Source: Prevotella sp. UBA1705 (lineage in GTDB: Bacteria; Bacteroidota; Bacteroidia; Bacteroidales; Bacteroidaceae). From it: a stretch of DNA of 64,000 bases. The stretch covers positions 29,727 through 93,726 of the forward strand of contig DCJH01000067.1 in the NCBI GenBank assembly GCA_002317385.1. The letters run 5' to 3'. Of the stretch, positions 19,727 through 30,063 are shown piece by piece. Position 1 is the first letter of the stretch. Each line of letters starts with the position of its first letter. Below the pieces are notes generated by a model. The model was not told the origin of the DNA. It saw nothing but the letters and a program-made list of their open reading frames with translations, and did no database searches. A program made the translations under genes and the position numbers.

Positions 19727-20916
19727 GCAGTGACTTCAACTAATTTGAAAATTCTCTTACGGTTAGTAATAGCAAGATACAATACTGTGCCAATCGTCGC
19801 AAACAACATAAATGCAAAGACAATGACGATCTTGGGAGTGTTACTATGCTTGATAGGAACTGTCGCTTGTACTATCTCTGTGAATACAGGCGTCTTTTCC
19901 TGAAGCTTTGCAAGAGACAGTTGGAGTTGTTGAACACATTGTGTGTATATGTTGTATTGCAGCTGCATTTCATTTTCAAGGTCTTCTTGCTGTGACTGAT
20001 ATGTCTGAAGCACGGTCTCTTGGTGGGCATCTGCATATGAAGCATATTTTCTACGTGCTTCGTCGTAACGTCGTTTTGCCTCATCATAGAGCTGCCTTAC
20101 GTAGGCTACATTATTGCGGGCTTTTCTCGTTCGGTATTCTTTGATGAAATTCTGGAGGCGTACTTTCACAGAATCTGTCATGGTTTTTGCGACGACAGGG
20201 TCTTGGTCTTTTACCTGAATAGTGATGACACTTGTCTTTTTGTCAACGCTACACGTGATATTGCCACTAATACCATTCGCTATGTCTGCCTCTTTCTTTG
20301 TTAGTCGAAACGTATCAACTTTATTGGTTTGTCTGGCACCTCCCCCTGTTGGATCCTCGGTGTTCAGCTTGCTCAAGAGTTTCTCCTTCCATTGATTCCA
20401 GAAGGCGGCTTTTTGATGCTTGCTCAGATAGTCATAATAGGTGGTTGTCAGAGAGTTGTCTTTTGTGGTTACTTTCACGCCAAACAAGCTTACAATGAAC
20501 TTGTTAGAACTGACAACGTCTGGATATATCTCAGGGTAGATGGCATCTTCGCCGTCGCCAAACTTCATGTCTACGCCCACCATCGAGGCCAGTGAAGAGA
20601 TGTTTGAAGATAGTCCACTATTAGAGGCTTCTGGAGCTAAGGATAGCTCCGAAGTATAGACTTTAGGAATCTGAAATGAACAGAACGCTCCCAGCAGTCC
20701 GAAAACTAATGCAATGGTCAGTATCAACCATTTTCGCTTGGCCAGTACTTGGATAAATGCAAAGGCATCGAAAGCTATCCTGTAGAAACTATTGGAAGAG
20801 GCGCCTTCCTGAGCATTAGCCTTTACAGGATCTGCGCTCTCTTCCTCCTTTTTCTTTTCATTCAGCATGGGAGCTTTGTCCATATCTTTTTCTTGTATGT
20901 TCACAGTCTTATTCAT
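19723..20916 (-). CDS. Chain-length determinant Wzz
   Basis: IPKVYTS..LAPE, DAIYPEIYPD, VITIQVKDQDP, LQEKTPVFT, two flanking TM helices. Confidence 0.85.
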   Translation of the reverse strand: MNKTVNIQEKDMDKAPMLNEKKKEEESADPVKANAQEGASSNSFYRIAFDAFAFIQVLAKRKWLILTIALVFGLLGAFCSFQIPKVYTSELSLAPEASNSGLSSNISSLASMVGVDMKFGDGEDAIYPEIYPDVVSSNKFIVSLFGVKVTTKDNSLTTTYYDYLSKHQKAAFWNQWKEKLLSKLNTEDPTGGGARQTNKVDTFRLTKKEADIANGISGNITCSVDKKTSVITIQVKDQDPVVAKTMTDSVKVRLQNFIKEYRTRKARNNVAYVRQLYDEAKRRYDEARRKYASYADAHQETVLQTYQSQQEDLENEMQLQYNIYTQCVQQLQLSLAKLQEKTPVFTEIVQATVPIKHSNTPKIVIVFAFMLFATIGTVLYLAITNRKRIFKLVEVTA

Positions 20917-20969
20917 GATTGATATCCTCAAACAGCTATACTTCTGAAGAATATTTCACAACTTCACAA

Positions 20970-23564
20970 TTACTTTGTCACATTCGCTATCGTCGCAATC
21001 ATCGCGGCGATGCTGGCCATACCGGTACCGAGACTCATGGTTTCGGCGATGCTCATCTTGCGGGAGATCTTGCTGGGAACGACGATCTCGCAGCCCGGTT
21101 GAATCTTTGCGCCCTGGCTCACCTTACCCACCATGCCGTTCATATAGATGATATAGGCACCTCTCTTGCGGGCATTCTGGGAGAAGCCGCCGGCGGTGTT
21201 GATGTAATACTTGGCGTTGCGGCCCTTCTCGTAGGCCACGGTGTTGGGATACATCACCGCGCCGTTGATCTTCACCGTAGCGGTATATTGCGGCAGGATG
21301 AGGCGGTCGCCGGCCCGCAGTATGACGTTGGCATCGCTGTTGGGATTGGCCATAGCCTTGTCGAGCTCGATACCCACGGGGAAGGTGTTGGGTATCTCGA
21401 ACTTCTGCAGCTGGGTAGAGGTGGCCTGCTGACTCATCTGCTGGATGTTTCCGGCATTGTTGCTGCTGGCGGCCAGCTCGAGCAACTGCTGCTGCAACTG
21501 CTCCTGCTGCATCTTCAGGGCTGCCTGCATGCGGGCTTTCTCGGCCTCATTGGGCACGCGCTCCAGGCGGGCGCCCTTGATATAGGCCTGACCCGTGGCA
21601 CCGCCAGCCATCTGGAGCAGGTCGGTGAGGCGGGCATTGCGCTTGGGCAGGGTATAGTTGCCGGCAAACATCACCTCGCCTTCTATCGAGACATTCTGCT
21701 GCTCGGAGTAGGCCGGACTCTTGCGGATGTACACTTCATCAAACGGCATGAGCACGAATCCGGGCTGCCCGTCGACCACGAAACCGTCTTTCAGGGCGAA
21801 ACTATAGGTCTTGGCGATGATGCTGTCGGTGGTGAGGGCTTTCGGATTGTTCACTCTGCGGGCCACATCTACCTTGACCGTCGAGGCCGTCTCCTTCAGA
21901 CCACCGGCCTGAAGCACGAAGTCTTCGAGGGTTTCATTGTCTGCATACTTGTAGATTCCGGGATATTGCACCTCGCCGTGGATGGTGATGGTGCGCTCGG
22001 TCATGGCCACATCTTTGCTCGGGATGAAGAGCACGTCGTTCTCTTTCAATGGGATGTCGGCCACCCGACCGCTCATGATGCCTTCCACATCAACGCTCAC
22101 CACCTCTAAAGTGCGGTCGGTCTTCATGCGGTGCATCACGGCTCGATTTGTGAAGGCGGCCTCGGTGAGTCCCTCGGCGTGCTGGATGAGCGTGCGAACG
22201 CTATTGATGTTGTCGCCCAACTGGTACATACCCGGGCGGAACACGGCACCCTTCACCTCCACGGTGTTCTGATAGCGGGGCAGGATAGAGTCTACACTCA
22301 CGCTGTCGCCGTCGGCAATGCGGAAGCTGCTCATGTCGAACTCCTCTACATTGAATACGGCATACTCGCGCCCTGTCTTGCGATTCACGCGCACGGCCTT
22401 GGTATAGGCATCGCCGGCAAAGCCTCCGGCATAGCGCAGCAGGCTCTCAATGCTCTCGTTTTTCTTCATTTCGTAGAACATCGGGCGCTTCACTTTACCC
22501 GTGATGTTCACCAGACAGTCGTAGGGGCCTACGATAATCACGTCACCATCGGCCAGTCTCACGTTGCCCGTCATCTTGCCATTGAGGATATAATCGTAGA
22601 TGTCGCACATGCTCACCAGTCGGTTGTGGCGATAGATCTTGATGTTGCGCAGGGTTCCCAAGTCGTTGGTTCCGCCGGCCATATATAGTGCATGAAACAC
22701 GCTGGCAAAGGCCGAGAGGGTGTATGTGCCCGGCGTCTTCACCTCACCCATTACGTTTATCGAGATGGTGCGGGTCTGACCGAGCGAAATCTTGATGTTG
22801 CTGCTCTGATAGCGGGCGCCGAGCATGCTGCGGATGCGGGCGTTGGCCTGTGCCACGGTGAGCCCACTCACCTGGATAGGACCGAAGTTCTCGATCACGA
22901 TGTCGCCGTCGGGCGATACCGAAGTGTCGAAAGTCTTCTGCGAAGCACCATATACATCGATAATCACGGCATCGCCGGGCCCCAGCCTGTAGTTCTGCGG
23001 CGTGGCGATATTCATGGCCGGTTCAAAGGTCAGGTCCTTGTTGTTGAAGATGTCGCGGCCAAAGACCTTGTGGCGGTCCTTGTCCTTCTTTTCGAGCATC
23101 TGGCGCAACATCTGCAGCGAGTCGGCCGGAGTCATCATACCCAACTCGACCTGCATCTGCTGGAAGTCAGACCCGTTCTCGTCGTAGGTCTGGCTCCAGC
23201 GGGCATTGTCCTGTATGCGCTGCGAGGTGGTGGCATTGCGCAACTGCTCCTGCTGCTGCGTCTTCTGCTTGTCATAGTCCTTTCCGTTGTTGGTGCGCAT
23301 GCGGTTGTCGGTGGTGGTCTTCTCGCTCACCGTCCCCAGTCCGGCACCGTTGGCCTGACGCTCATACTTCTTGCGCACGCGCCTTATCTGCGTGATGTCT
23401 ACGCCGTTCTGCATCAGTTTGGTCACAATCTGCGCCTGCGATGTGCCCCGTGCCACCTCTTTCTGAACGAATTCGGCTACCTGGGAGTCGGTCATGCCAC
23501 TTTGGGCCCACATGCCCGACGGGCACAGGACAACCAACATGATACCTATAATGAGTTTCTTCAT
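20970..23564 (-). CDS. Polysaccharide export protein with SLBB repeats (Wza/KpsD-like)
   Basis: YRLGPGD export motif, repeated GEVxxPGxY SLBB units; TAACTTTG box at 23636-23643. Confidence 0.92.
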   Translation of the reverse strand: MKKLIIGIMLVVLCPSGMWAQSGMTDSQVAEFVQKEVARGTSQAQIVTKLMQNGVDITQIRRVRKKYERQANGAGLGTVSEKTTTDNRMRTNNGKDYDKQKTQQQEQLRNATTSQRIQDNARWSQTYDENGSDFQQMQVELGMMTPADSLQMLRQMLEKKDKDRHKVFGRDIFNNKDLTFEPAMNIATPQNYRLGPGDAVIIDVYGASQKTFDTSVSPDGDIVIENFGPIQVSGLTVAQANARIRSMLGARYQSSNIKISLGQTRTISINVMGEVKTPGTYTLSAFASVFHALYMAGGTNDLGTLRNIKIYRHNRLVSMCDIYDYILNGKMTGNVRLADGDVIIVGPYDCLVNITGKVKRPMFYEMKKNESIESLLRYAGGFAGDAYTKAVRVNRKTGREYAVFNVEEFDMSSFRIADGDSVSVDSILPRYQNTVEVKGAVFRPGMYQLGDNINSVRTLIQHAEGLTEAAFTNRAVMHRMKTDRTLEVVSVDVEGIMSGRVADIPLKENDVLFIPSKDVAMTERTITIHGEVQYPGIYKYADNETLEDFVLQAGGLKETASTVKVDVARRVNNPKALTTDSIIAKTYSFALKDGFVVDGQPGFVLMPFDEVYIRKSPAYSEQQNVSIEGEVMFAGNYTLPKRNARLTDLLQMAGGATGQAYIKGARLERVPNEAEKARMQAALKMQQEQLQQQLLELAASSNNAGNIQQMSQQATSTQLQKFEIPNTFPVGIELDKAMANPNSDANVILRAGDRLILPQYTATVKINGAVMYPNTVAYEKGRNAKYYINTAGGFSQNARKRGAYIIYMNGMVGKVSQGAKIQPGCEIVVPSKISRKMSIAETMSLGTGMASIAAMIATIANVTK

Positions 23565-23714
23565 TATGTTTCGGAAATATGTTTAAATGCTGTCAAAATA
23601 ACTATTTTTTCCTAAAATTATTGCTGTTTATACTGCAAAGTTACAATATTTTCGGGAAAAGACGGGCTAATGCGGTGGTTTCGTATGGAAAGAACCATGC
23701 TGCCCACCCTCCGC

Positions 23715-25259
23715 TCACTTGCTGAGCGGGGTGCGGGTGGGGTATTGGGCATTGTATTTTTTCAACTTCCGAAAGAGGCGTTTCTTGAGTTTGGCCGCCC
23801 GCTGAGGCTCTTTCTCTGCCAGGTTGTCTACCTCGCCGATGTCGCGCCTCACGTTGTAGAGCTCGGCCTTGTCGTATCGCCAGTAGTAGATGAGGTGGTA
23901 GTCGCCCTGCATAATGGATGAAGTGGGGCCGTAGCCGTCCTTCTCGCTGATGCCGGTAGTCCACAGATGTGGGTAGTGCCACACGATCTCGCGCTCCCGA
24001 TGAAGCCCCGGGTTGCGCAGCAGGTCTACGAAACTTCGTCCGTCTACGTGCTGACTGGTCTTCGCATGCTTCACGCCCGCCATCTCGACAATGGTGGGAT
24101 AGAAGTCTTCTATCATCACTCGGTTGTCGTTGGTGGTGCCGCCGCGGGTCACTCCGGGCCAGTAGACCAGCATCGGCTCGTGGATGCCGCCCTCGAGGGC
24201 CGACCCCTTGCCGCCACGGGCAGGATAGTTTTGGTCGTAGTTGGCGCGCCCCTGACGGATGCTGATGGCCTGACCGCCGTTGTCCGACATAAATATAATG
24301 ATGGTGTTGCGGGCCACCTCGGGACGGGCCTCCAGATAGTTCATGATGTCGCCCAGACTCTTGTCCATGCCCTCGATGAGCGCGGCATGGTTGATTTCCT
24401 GCCGGTTGAGCGGGGCTCGGAGCATGGCGTCGTAGGTGCCCTGGCCGTTGGCGTCCATATAGTTCTTCGTAAACCGCTCATCGGGACTATAGGGCGCGTG
24501 GATGGCATAGTGCGACATGTAGAGGAAGAACGGCTGATGGTTGGCGATGGGGCGGTCGAGCGCCTTCAGCGCCTCGATGGTGAGCGCCTCGGTGAGGAAT
24601 GTTCCCTTGGCGTAATATTGCTCCAGTCCGCTCACGTGGAAGTCGCCTTTGCCATAGTCTTCCTGCGCCAGATAGCTGGCCGGAGCACCGTTTGCCCCGC
24701 CCGCAATGTTCACTTCGAAGCCGAAGTTGATGGGATTCTCGCCTGCCGTGGTCTGCGCGCCGAAGTGGGCCTTGCCGCAGTGGATGGTGAAGTAGCCGTG
24801 GTCTTTCAGCACCTGGGGCAGGGCGGTGATGAGCGTAGACAGGTGTCGGTTGTGCAAGTCGCTCACGGTGTCGGGCTGTATGCCGTTGCAGTTCCAGTCG
24901 GGCGGCGTAATCTCGCGGTCCTTGGCATCGGTCTGCTCATTGTATTTTAGCGTCCAGTTGGTCACGCGGTGGCGTGCGGCGTTCATGCCCGAGAGCAGTG
25001 AGCAGCGCGACGGCGACGACACGGCACAGGCGTAGGCCTGCGTAAACTTCACGCCCTGGGCGGCCAGCCGCTCCATGTTGGGGGTGCGATAGCGCTCGTT
25101 GAGTAGAGTCTTTTCTTTGTAGAAGGGCACAGAGGTCTCCTGCCACCCCATGTCGTCTACCAGAAAAAGGATGATGTTGGGTCGGTTGGTGGTCTGCGCC
25201 TGACAGATGGCGGCGGCTCCGGCGGCCACGCCAAATAATACGGTTACTCTCTTGTTCAT
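23715..25259 (-). CDS. Sulfatase, Ser-type (S1 family), exported
   Basis: PNIILFLVDDMG, SSPSR (S-x-P-x-R), GKAH, SDNGG, EGGIHEP; signal peptide; TAACTTTG at 25314-25321. Confidence 0.92.
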   Translation of the reverse strand: MNKRVTVLFGVAAGAAAICQAQTTNRPNIILFLVDDMGWQETSVPFYKEKTLLNERYRTPNMERLAAQGVKFTQAYACAVSSPSRCSLLSGMNAARHRVTNWTLKYNEQTDAKDREITPPDWNCNGIQPDTVSDLHNRHLSTLITALPQVLKDHGYFTIHCGKAHFGAQTTAGENPINFGFEVNIAGGANGAPASYLAQEDYGKGDFHVSGLEQYYAKGTFLTEALTIEALKALDRPIANHQPFFLYMSHYAIHAPYSPDERFTKNYMDANGQGTYDAMLRAPLNRQEINHAALIEGMDKSLGDIMNYLEARPEVARNTIIIFMSDNGGQAISIRQGRANYDQNYPARGGKGSALEGGIHEPMLVYWPGVTRGGTTNDNRVMIEDFYPTIVEMAGVKHAKTSQHVDGRSFVDLLRNPGLHREREIVWHYPHLWTTGISEKDGYGPTSSIMQGDYHLIYYWRYDKAELYNVRRDIGEVDNLAEKEPQRAAKLKKRLFRKLKKYNAQYPTRTPLSK

Positions 25260-25613
25260 GAGTGGTTAGAATCGTTAAATTGTTTTGCGGTGATGTTTTT
25301 TCATGTAAGTGCGCAAAGTTATACATTTTTCTGCACTTCCCCGCATCTTTTCCAATTAATTAACGTGGCGGAACCGTGGCCTGCCGAGCACCTTGTCGTA
25401 TTCCCGTTGGGTTGTTTCTTGGTCTCCCCAATGATATATTTTCGAGCCCCACAATCACCCAAGGAAACCAGCAACAGGGTAATCTGCATGTCATTATGAA
25501 ATGCGGAGCGTTTCTTATGTCATGGGCTCTGAGGCTGAGAAATATGTCATTATGAAAAGTTCTATGTCATTATGTTATCAAGCCGGAGAGGTTTTGCCAT
25601 GCCAGGTGCTATG

Positions 25614-25872
25614 CCTTCCGGCGGTGCGGACATGCACGGGACATGTCCCTACAGAGCAATCATATAATCTGTTGTAACTTGTTGATAATCAAGGTAGGTG
25701 TAGATACTTCTGAAATAAGGTACTAATCGCCTTTAGATTAGTACCTTATTGCCTTGCCGTAAGTACCTAATCGTCTTGCCTTTAGTACCTTGTTTCAGCG
25801 GGGGGCAGTATCGGATGGAAATGCGTGGGCTCAGTAGGGACATGCCCCGTGCATGTCCGCACCGCCGCATGG
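25614..25872. repeat. GTAG-type REP inverted pair (44-bp arms) enclosing 22-bp element copy B
   Basis: Arms 25614-25657 and 25829-25872 are reverse complements with 4 mismatches; core GTAG-GGACATGC-cccgt-GCATGTCC; inner gtac cores at 25720, 25741, 25763, 25785. Confidence 0.85.
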
Positions 25873-26130
25873 CCCTCCACATCGATAGTCGTTCCACCCA
25901 TTTTTCTTTCATTTTGCGCAGCCTTTGGTGTCCTTAATTCCTCGCTGTGCGAGGCTTAGTGTCCCTTAAAAGAGGGAGCTACACGTCTGAATATTTTGTG
26001 CCATCTGTGGACAGCCCAGTTCTTTGTCCACAGAAAAACAGGAGAAACAATAGGCATGGCCGTCCCATTTGACCGCAGATAGCAGGTTGCTGAAGGGGCG
26101 GTGGCGAGTGCTTTGCCCATCTGTCGTTAC

Positions 26131-26188
26131 AAAAAACACCATGCGGCCTGCCACGTTCCGGGTATTCCGGAGTTGGTGGCAGGCCGCG
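26131..26188 (-). terminator. Probable terminator of the pdxST operon
   Basis: gcggcctgccac ... gtggcaggccgc hairpin with an A run at 26131-26136 (U run on the minus strand). Confidence 0.6.
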
Positions 26189-26264
26189 AATGATTAATAA
26201 GACAGTGAATATTCAATCTGTGGAGCGCTCCCTAACCCATAGCATGATGCGCTCCAGCAATGCG

Positions 26265-26807
26265 CTATCCGCACATTTTCAGGAAATATTCGTGTATACG
26301 GGTATCCTCGTTGAGCTCGGGATGAAAAGAGGTGACGAGCTGTTTGTCCTGCCGTGCGGCCACGATATGGCCGTCGACGGTAGAGAGCACGTCGACGTCG
26401 GAGCCCACACCGGTGATATACGGCGCACGGATGAAGGTCATGGTAAACGGCCCGATGCCCTTGAAATCGTGGTGCGCCACAAAGCTTCCCAGCTGCCGGC
26501 CGTAGGCGTTGCGCTTCACGTCGATGTGCATGGTGCCGAGATGGCTGTGGTCGAGCATGATGAGCCCAGCGCAGGTACCGAATACCGGCAGACCTTTCTC
26601 GATGGCTTCGGTCACCGGCTGCTGTAGTCCGAGCTCGCGGATGAGCCTGAGCATCGTGGTGCTCTCGCCTCCGGGGATGATGAGTCCGTCCTTGGGCTGC
26701 TGCCAGTCGGCCAGGTTGCGCACGAGAAACGACTCCACGCCCAGCCTCTCGAGCATCTGCTGGTGCTCGGCAAAGGCTCCTTGCAATGCCAATATCGCTA
26801 TTCTCAT
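26265..26807 (-). CDS. pdxT: PLP synthase glutaminase subunit
   Basis: LALQGAF.EH, PGGEST, GTCAG, RNAYGRQ, FIRAP, FHPEL. Confidence 0.97.
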   Translation of the reverse strand: MRIAILALQGAFAEHQQMLERLGVESFLVRNLADWQQPKDGLIIPGGESTTMLRLIRELGLQQPVTEAIEKGLPVFGTCAGLIMLDHSHLGTMHIDVKRNAYGRQLGSFVAHHDFKGIGPFTMTFIRAPYITGVGSDVDVLSTVDGHIVAARQDKQLVTSFHPELNEDTRIHEYFLKMCG

Positions 26808-27676
26808 TTGCCGCGCTCTGCCATGAGGAGTTGAATCTCGCTCTCGTTGATGCCCACCATGGCCTCGCCCAGGTCCTCGCTCAGGGCGGCCAGCATCTCC
26901 GGTTTGTCGTAGTTGGTCACGGCCTTCACGATGGCCTGCGCGCGCTTCTCGGGGTTGCCGCTCTTGAAGATGCCGCTACCCACGAACACGCCCTCGGCTC
27001 CGAGCTGCATCATCAGGGCTGCGTCGGCAGGCGTGGCCACGCCACCGGCAGCGAAATTTACTACGGGCAGCTTACCGTTCTCGTGTACATACTGCACCAA
27101 CTCATAGGGCACGCGCAACTGTTTGGCTGCCTCGTAGAGCTCGTCGGTGCTCATCGACACCAGTCGGCGCATCTCACTCTGCATCATGCGCATGTGGCGC
27201 ACGGCCTGAATCACGTCGCCCGTGCCCGGCTCACCCTTGGTGCGGATCATCGTGGCGCCCTCATTCACGCGGCGCAAGGCCTCGCCCAGGTCTTTGGCAC
27301 CGCATACGAACGGCACCTTGAACTGGCGCTTGTCAATGTGATACACGTCGTCGGCCGGAGAGAGCACCTCGCTCTCGTCGATATAGTCTATCTCGATGGC
27401 CTCCAATATCTGGGCCTCCACAAAGTGGCCGATGCGGCATTTGGCCATCACGGGGATGCTCACGGACTCCTGAATGCCCTTGATCATCTTGGGGTCGCTC
27501 ATGCGCGACACGCCGCCAGCGGCACGGATGTCGGCCGGAATGCGCTCCAGCGCCATCACTGCACAGGCTCCTGCTGCCTCGGCTATGCGGGCCTGCTCGG
27601 GGGTTGTCACGTCCATGATTACACCGCCCTTGAGCATCTGTGCCAGGTTGCGGTTGAGAGTAGTTCTGTCTTCCAT
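26804..27676 (-). CDS. pdxS: PLP synthase lyase subunit
   Basis: [41 protein letters not shown]. Confidence 0.98.
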   Translation of the reverse strand: MEDRTTLNRNLAQMLKGGVIMDVTTPEQARIAEAAGACAVMALERIPADIRAAGGVSRMSDPKMIKGIQESVSIPVMAKCRIGHFVEAQILEAIEIDYIDESEVLSPADDVYHIDKRQFKVPFVCGAKDLGEALRRVNEGATMIRTKGEPGTGDVIQAVRHMRMMQSEMRRLVSMSTDELYEAAKQLRVPYELVQYVHENGKLPVVNFAAGGVATPADAALMMQLGAEGVFVGSGIFKSGNPEKRAQAIVKAVTNYDKPEMLAALSEDLGEAMVGINESEIQLLMAERGK

Positions 27677-27709
27677 TTGTCTTGTGTTTAAGTTTTATAT
27701 TTTATGCCA

Positions 27710-27752
27710 CAAAACTATATATAAAAAAAGGAACGGGAAAGCGTCCGTTCCT
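27710..27752 (-). promoter_or_regulatory. pdxS -7 box (TAGTTTTG, 27710-27717) overlapped upstream by the terminator of the regulator gene
   Basis: Bacteroidota TAnnTTTG match; minus-strand hairpin aggaacgg/ccgttcct plus T run at 27723-27752. Confidence 0.65.
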
Positions 27753-27783
27753 ATATCGTAAAATATTGTTCTGAAAAACACAA

Positions 27784-28866
27784 CTATGCCAACCGACTGC
27801 GATAGTCGTTGGGCGAGCAGCCCTGATGGGCGCTGAAAAACTTGCTGAACATGGCCAGCGAGGAGAAACCGAGCTTTGCGGCCACCTCGCTCACGGTAAG
27901 GCGCGACGAGCAGAGGAGGCTTTCCGACTCCTTCATGAGGTAGTCGTCGATGACCTGTTTGGGCGTTTTTGCCACCACCTGCGCAGTGATTCGGTTGAGG
28001 TATCTCGGCGTGATGGCCAGCCGGTCGGCGTAGAATGCCACGTCGTGGGCCGTGCGATAGTGGGCCGCGATGAGCGTCATCAACTGGTTGTAGAGGTCGG
28101 CCGGTCGGTGGCTCTGGCTGTTGGCTTCCACCGCATAGACCACCTGACTGTGCAGATAGTCGTGGGCCAGGCGTATGGCCGTGGCCATGTCGTCGCCCAA
28201 AGCCAGTCGGGTGGCGATGGCCGAAGATAGCGCTCCGCCCACGCCGTGACGCTGCCAGCCCTCGGTGTTCTGTGAGGTGAAAAACTGTCTGAGACCCTGT
28301 CCGTAGAGCAGGGCAGTGAGGCGGCCCTCCACCTGATGTCCGCCACGCAGCAAAACAGCCCTGGCCCCCATCTCCGTCAGGGCTTCGGCGGCGGTCAACA
28401 TGTCGTCGTCCGACTGGATGGTGCGCCCCAGGAGCAGCTCGGCCTCGTTGCAGCGCAGGAGCAGGAGCGTGGCCTCGGGGATGAGTTCGCGGCGCCAGGC
28501 CTCGATGGCCTCGTCGGAGAGGATGCGGCGGCCGCGCGAGGTGACGATGCCCGGAACGAGCACTATCTGCGGGCAACCTATGATTTCATGCTTCAAGGCA
28601 CGTATGGTGGCGGCGTCGCGCACCATGCCCACCTTCACGGCGCGGGGATGATGGTCGTCGATGATGGCCTTCACCTGTCCCGCAACCATGTCGCGCGGCA
28701 GGTCGAGCAGGCTCTGAATGCCGCCGCTGTCCTGCACGGTCACGGTGGTGACAGCCGTCAACGCGTTGCCGCCCAAGGCCGTGATGGTCTTGATGTCGGC
28801 CTGAATACCGGCGGCGCCCGTATTGTCAGACCCCGTGATGCTGAGCACTGGAGTGAGCAGTTTCAT
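27784..28866 (-). CDS. ThiD/PfkB-like domain fused to C-terminal AraC HTH (putative regulator)
   Basis: GSDNTGAAGIQADIKT, VKVGM, LRGGH, HGVGG, then VAFYADRLAITPRYL ... VSEVAAKLGFSS..FSKFF..GCSP.DYR. ATG 28866 lies 4 nt after TATCTTTG (28871-28878). Confidence 0.88.
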   Translation of the reverse strand: MKLLTPVLSITGSDNTGAAGIQADIKTITALGGNALTAVTTVTVQDSGGIQSLLDLPRDMVAGQVKAIIDDHHPRAVKVGMVRDAATIRALKHEIIGCPQIVLVPGIVTSRGRRILSDEAIEAWRRELIPEATLLLLRCNEAELLLGRTIQSDDDMLTAAEALTEMGARAVLLRGGHQVEGRLTALLYGQGLRQFFTSQNTEGWQRHGVGGALSSAIATRLALGDDMATAIRLAHDYLHSQVVYAVEANSQSHRPADLYNQLMTLIAAHYRTAHDVAFYADRLAITPRYLNRITAQVVAKTPKQVIDDYLMKESESLLCSSRLTVSEVAAKLGFSSLAMFSKFFSAHQGCSPNDYRSRLA

Positions 28867-28998
28867 GGTGCAAAGATAGTGATTCCACCACAGAATATTA
28901 GAGATTTTATCATCAAAAAACAACTGTTACGGTGCAAAATATTCACCATAACAGCTGTTCTATCCTGTACCGAGGTCTTCGAAGTCATGCGATAGCGT

Positions 28999-30063
28999 TT
29001 AGTTCTCGCTGGGAAACCTCACTACGAATCGGTGGAATCCGTCCTGATGGGTGTAGCTGATGGGCCAGTGGTGATAGTCGCAGATAGATTTCACGATGGC
29101 TAATCCCAGTCCGTTGCCGCCCTTTTCGCCAGTTTGCTTGTAGAATCTTTGGAACAATCTTCCTTCGTCTAAGGGCTTGCCATCAGACGAGTTGGCCACG
29201 GTGAGGGTATCTGCTTGCACCGAAATCATGATCGTTCCATGGGGCAGGTTGTGCCTCACGGCATTGACGATGAGGTTGCGGATAAGACTTTCGAGCAGCA
29301 CCTCGTTGCAATAGACCGTCAGTTGGCGGTTAGCAAACTCGGTCTGGATATCTATTCCGTTGACCAGCACAGCCAGCGAGGGGAGGAGTTCCTCCAGTTT
29401 GGCTACCAGATTGATGCGGTGCGACAGCTTGAACTGGGCGTTCTCTATCTTCGCCAACAGCAGTAAGTTGCGGTTGAGCTTAGACATTTGACTCACCTCG
29501 TGGTAGATGTCCTGCATGAGTATGGCCTGTTCCTCCTTCAAATCTTGGTCTTGAAGCAGCAGGTCGAGCTTGCCTTGGACAATGGCCAAGGGCGTCTGCA
29601 GCTCGTGGGAGGCATTCTCTGTGAACTGCTTTTGCACCTGATAGCTCCTCACACTCTGTGAGAGGATGCGATGGAGCGTGCCGTTCAGTTCGGCAAACTC
29701 CTGAATCTGAGTCTCGCCGAAGGTCGGTACGTTGCCGTCTTCCACCTTGAATCGCCCAATCTTGTCGAGCGACTCGTAGAACGGACGCCACACCTTGGCT
29801 GGGAGAAGTCGCAGGATGAGGAAGATGGAGAGCGCCAGAATGAGTATCATCGCGAGTATCTGGAAGCCCAAACCGATAATTGTATCCCGCTCCAAATCGA
29901 GCTGTGACTGGGGGATGTGGGCCGCCTGGGCCAGGTCGATGAGGTCTTCCGAATAATAGTTGGTGATGATAAGATAGAGCACCGGCGTAGCCAATAGGAG
30001 CAATCCTACCATGTAGATGGAGAACTTCGACACCAGTTGATTGATCAGTCTTACTCTTTTCAT
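28999..30063 (-). CDS. Sensor histidine kinase
   Basis: Two TM helices, NASHELQTPL H-box, NLIVNAVRH, FQRF, GLGLAIV. Confidence 0.93.
   Translation of the reverse strand: MKRVRLINQLVSKFSIYMVGLLLLATPVLYLIITNYYSEDLIDLAQAAHIPQSQLDLERDTIIGLGFQILAMILILALSIFLILRLLPAKVWRPFYESLDKIGRFKVEDGNVPTFGETQIQEFAELNGTLHRILSQSVRSYQVQKQFTENASHELQTPLAIVQGKLDLLLQDQDLKEEQAILMQDIYHEVSQMSKLNRNLLLLAKIENAQFKLSHRINLVAKLEELLPSLAVLVNGIDIQTEFANRQLTVYCNEVLLESLIRNLIVNAVRHNLPHGTIMISVQADTLTVANSSDGKPLDEGRLFQRFYKQTGEKGGNGLGLAIVKSICDYHHWPISYTHQDGFHRFVVRFPSEN

Noticed and set aside
20919-24950. Long plus-strand ORFs (396, 307, 327 aa) and similar antisense ORFs elsewhere
   Set aside because: Mirror frames of well-supported genes on the opposite strand.
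25675-25692. TGATAATCA as a Fur box
   Set aside because: Only the core matches, it is not at a promoter, and it recurs with the repeat family.
27784-28866. Ordinary thiD of thiamine salvage
   Set aside because: Catalytic motifs are altered, it is fused to an HTH, and no thi genes or TPP riboswitch are nearby.
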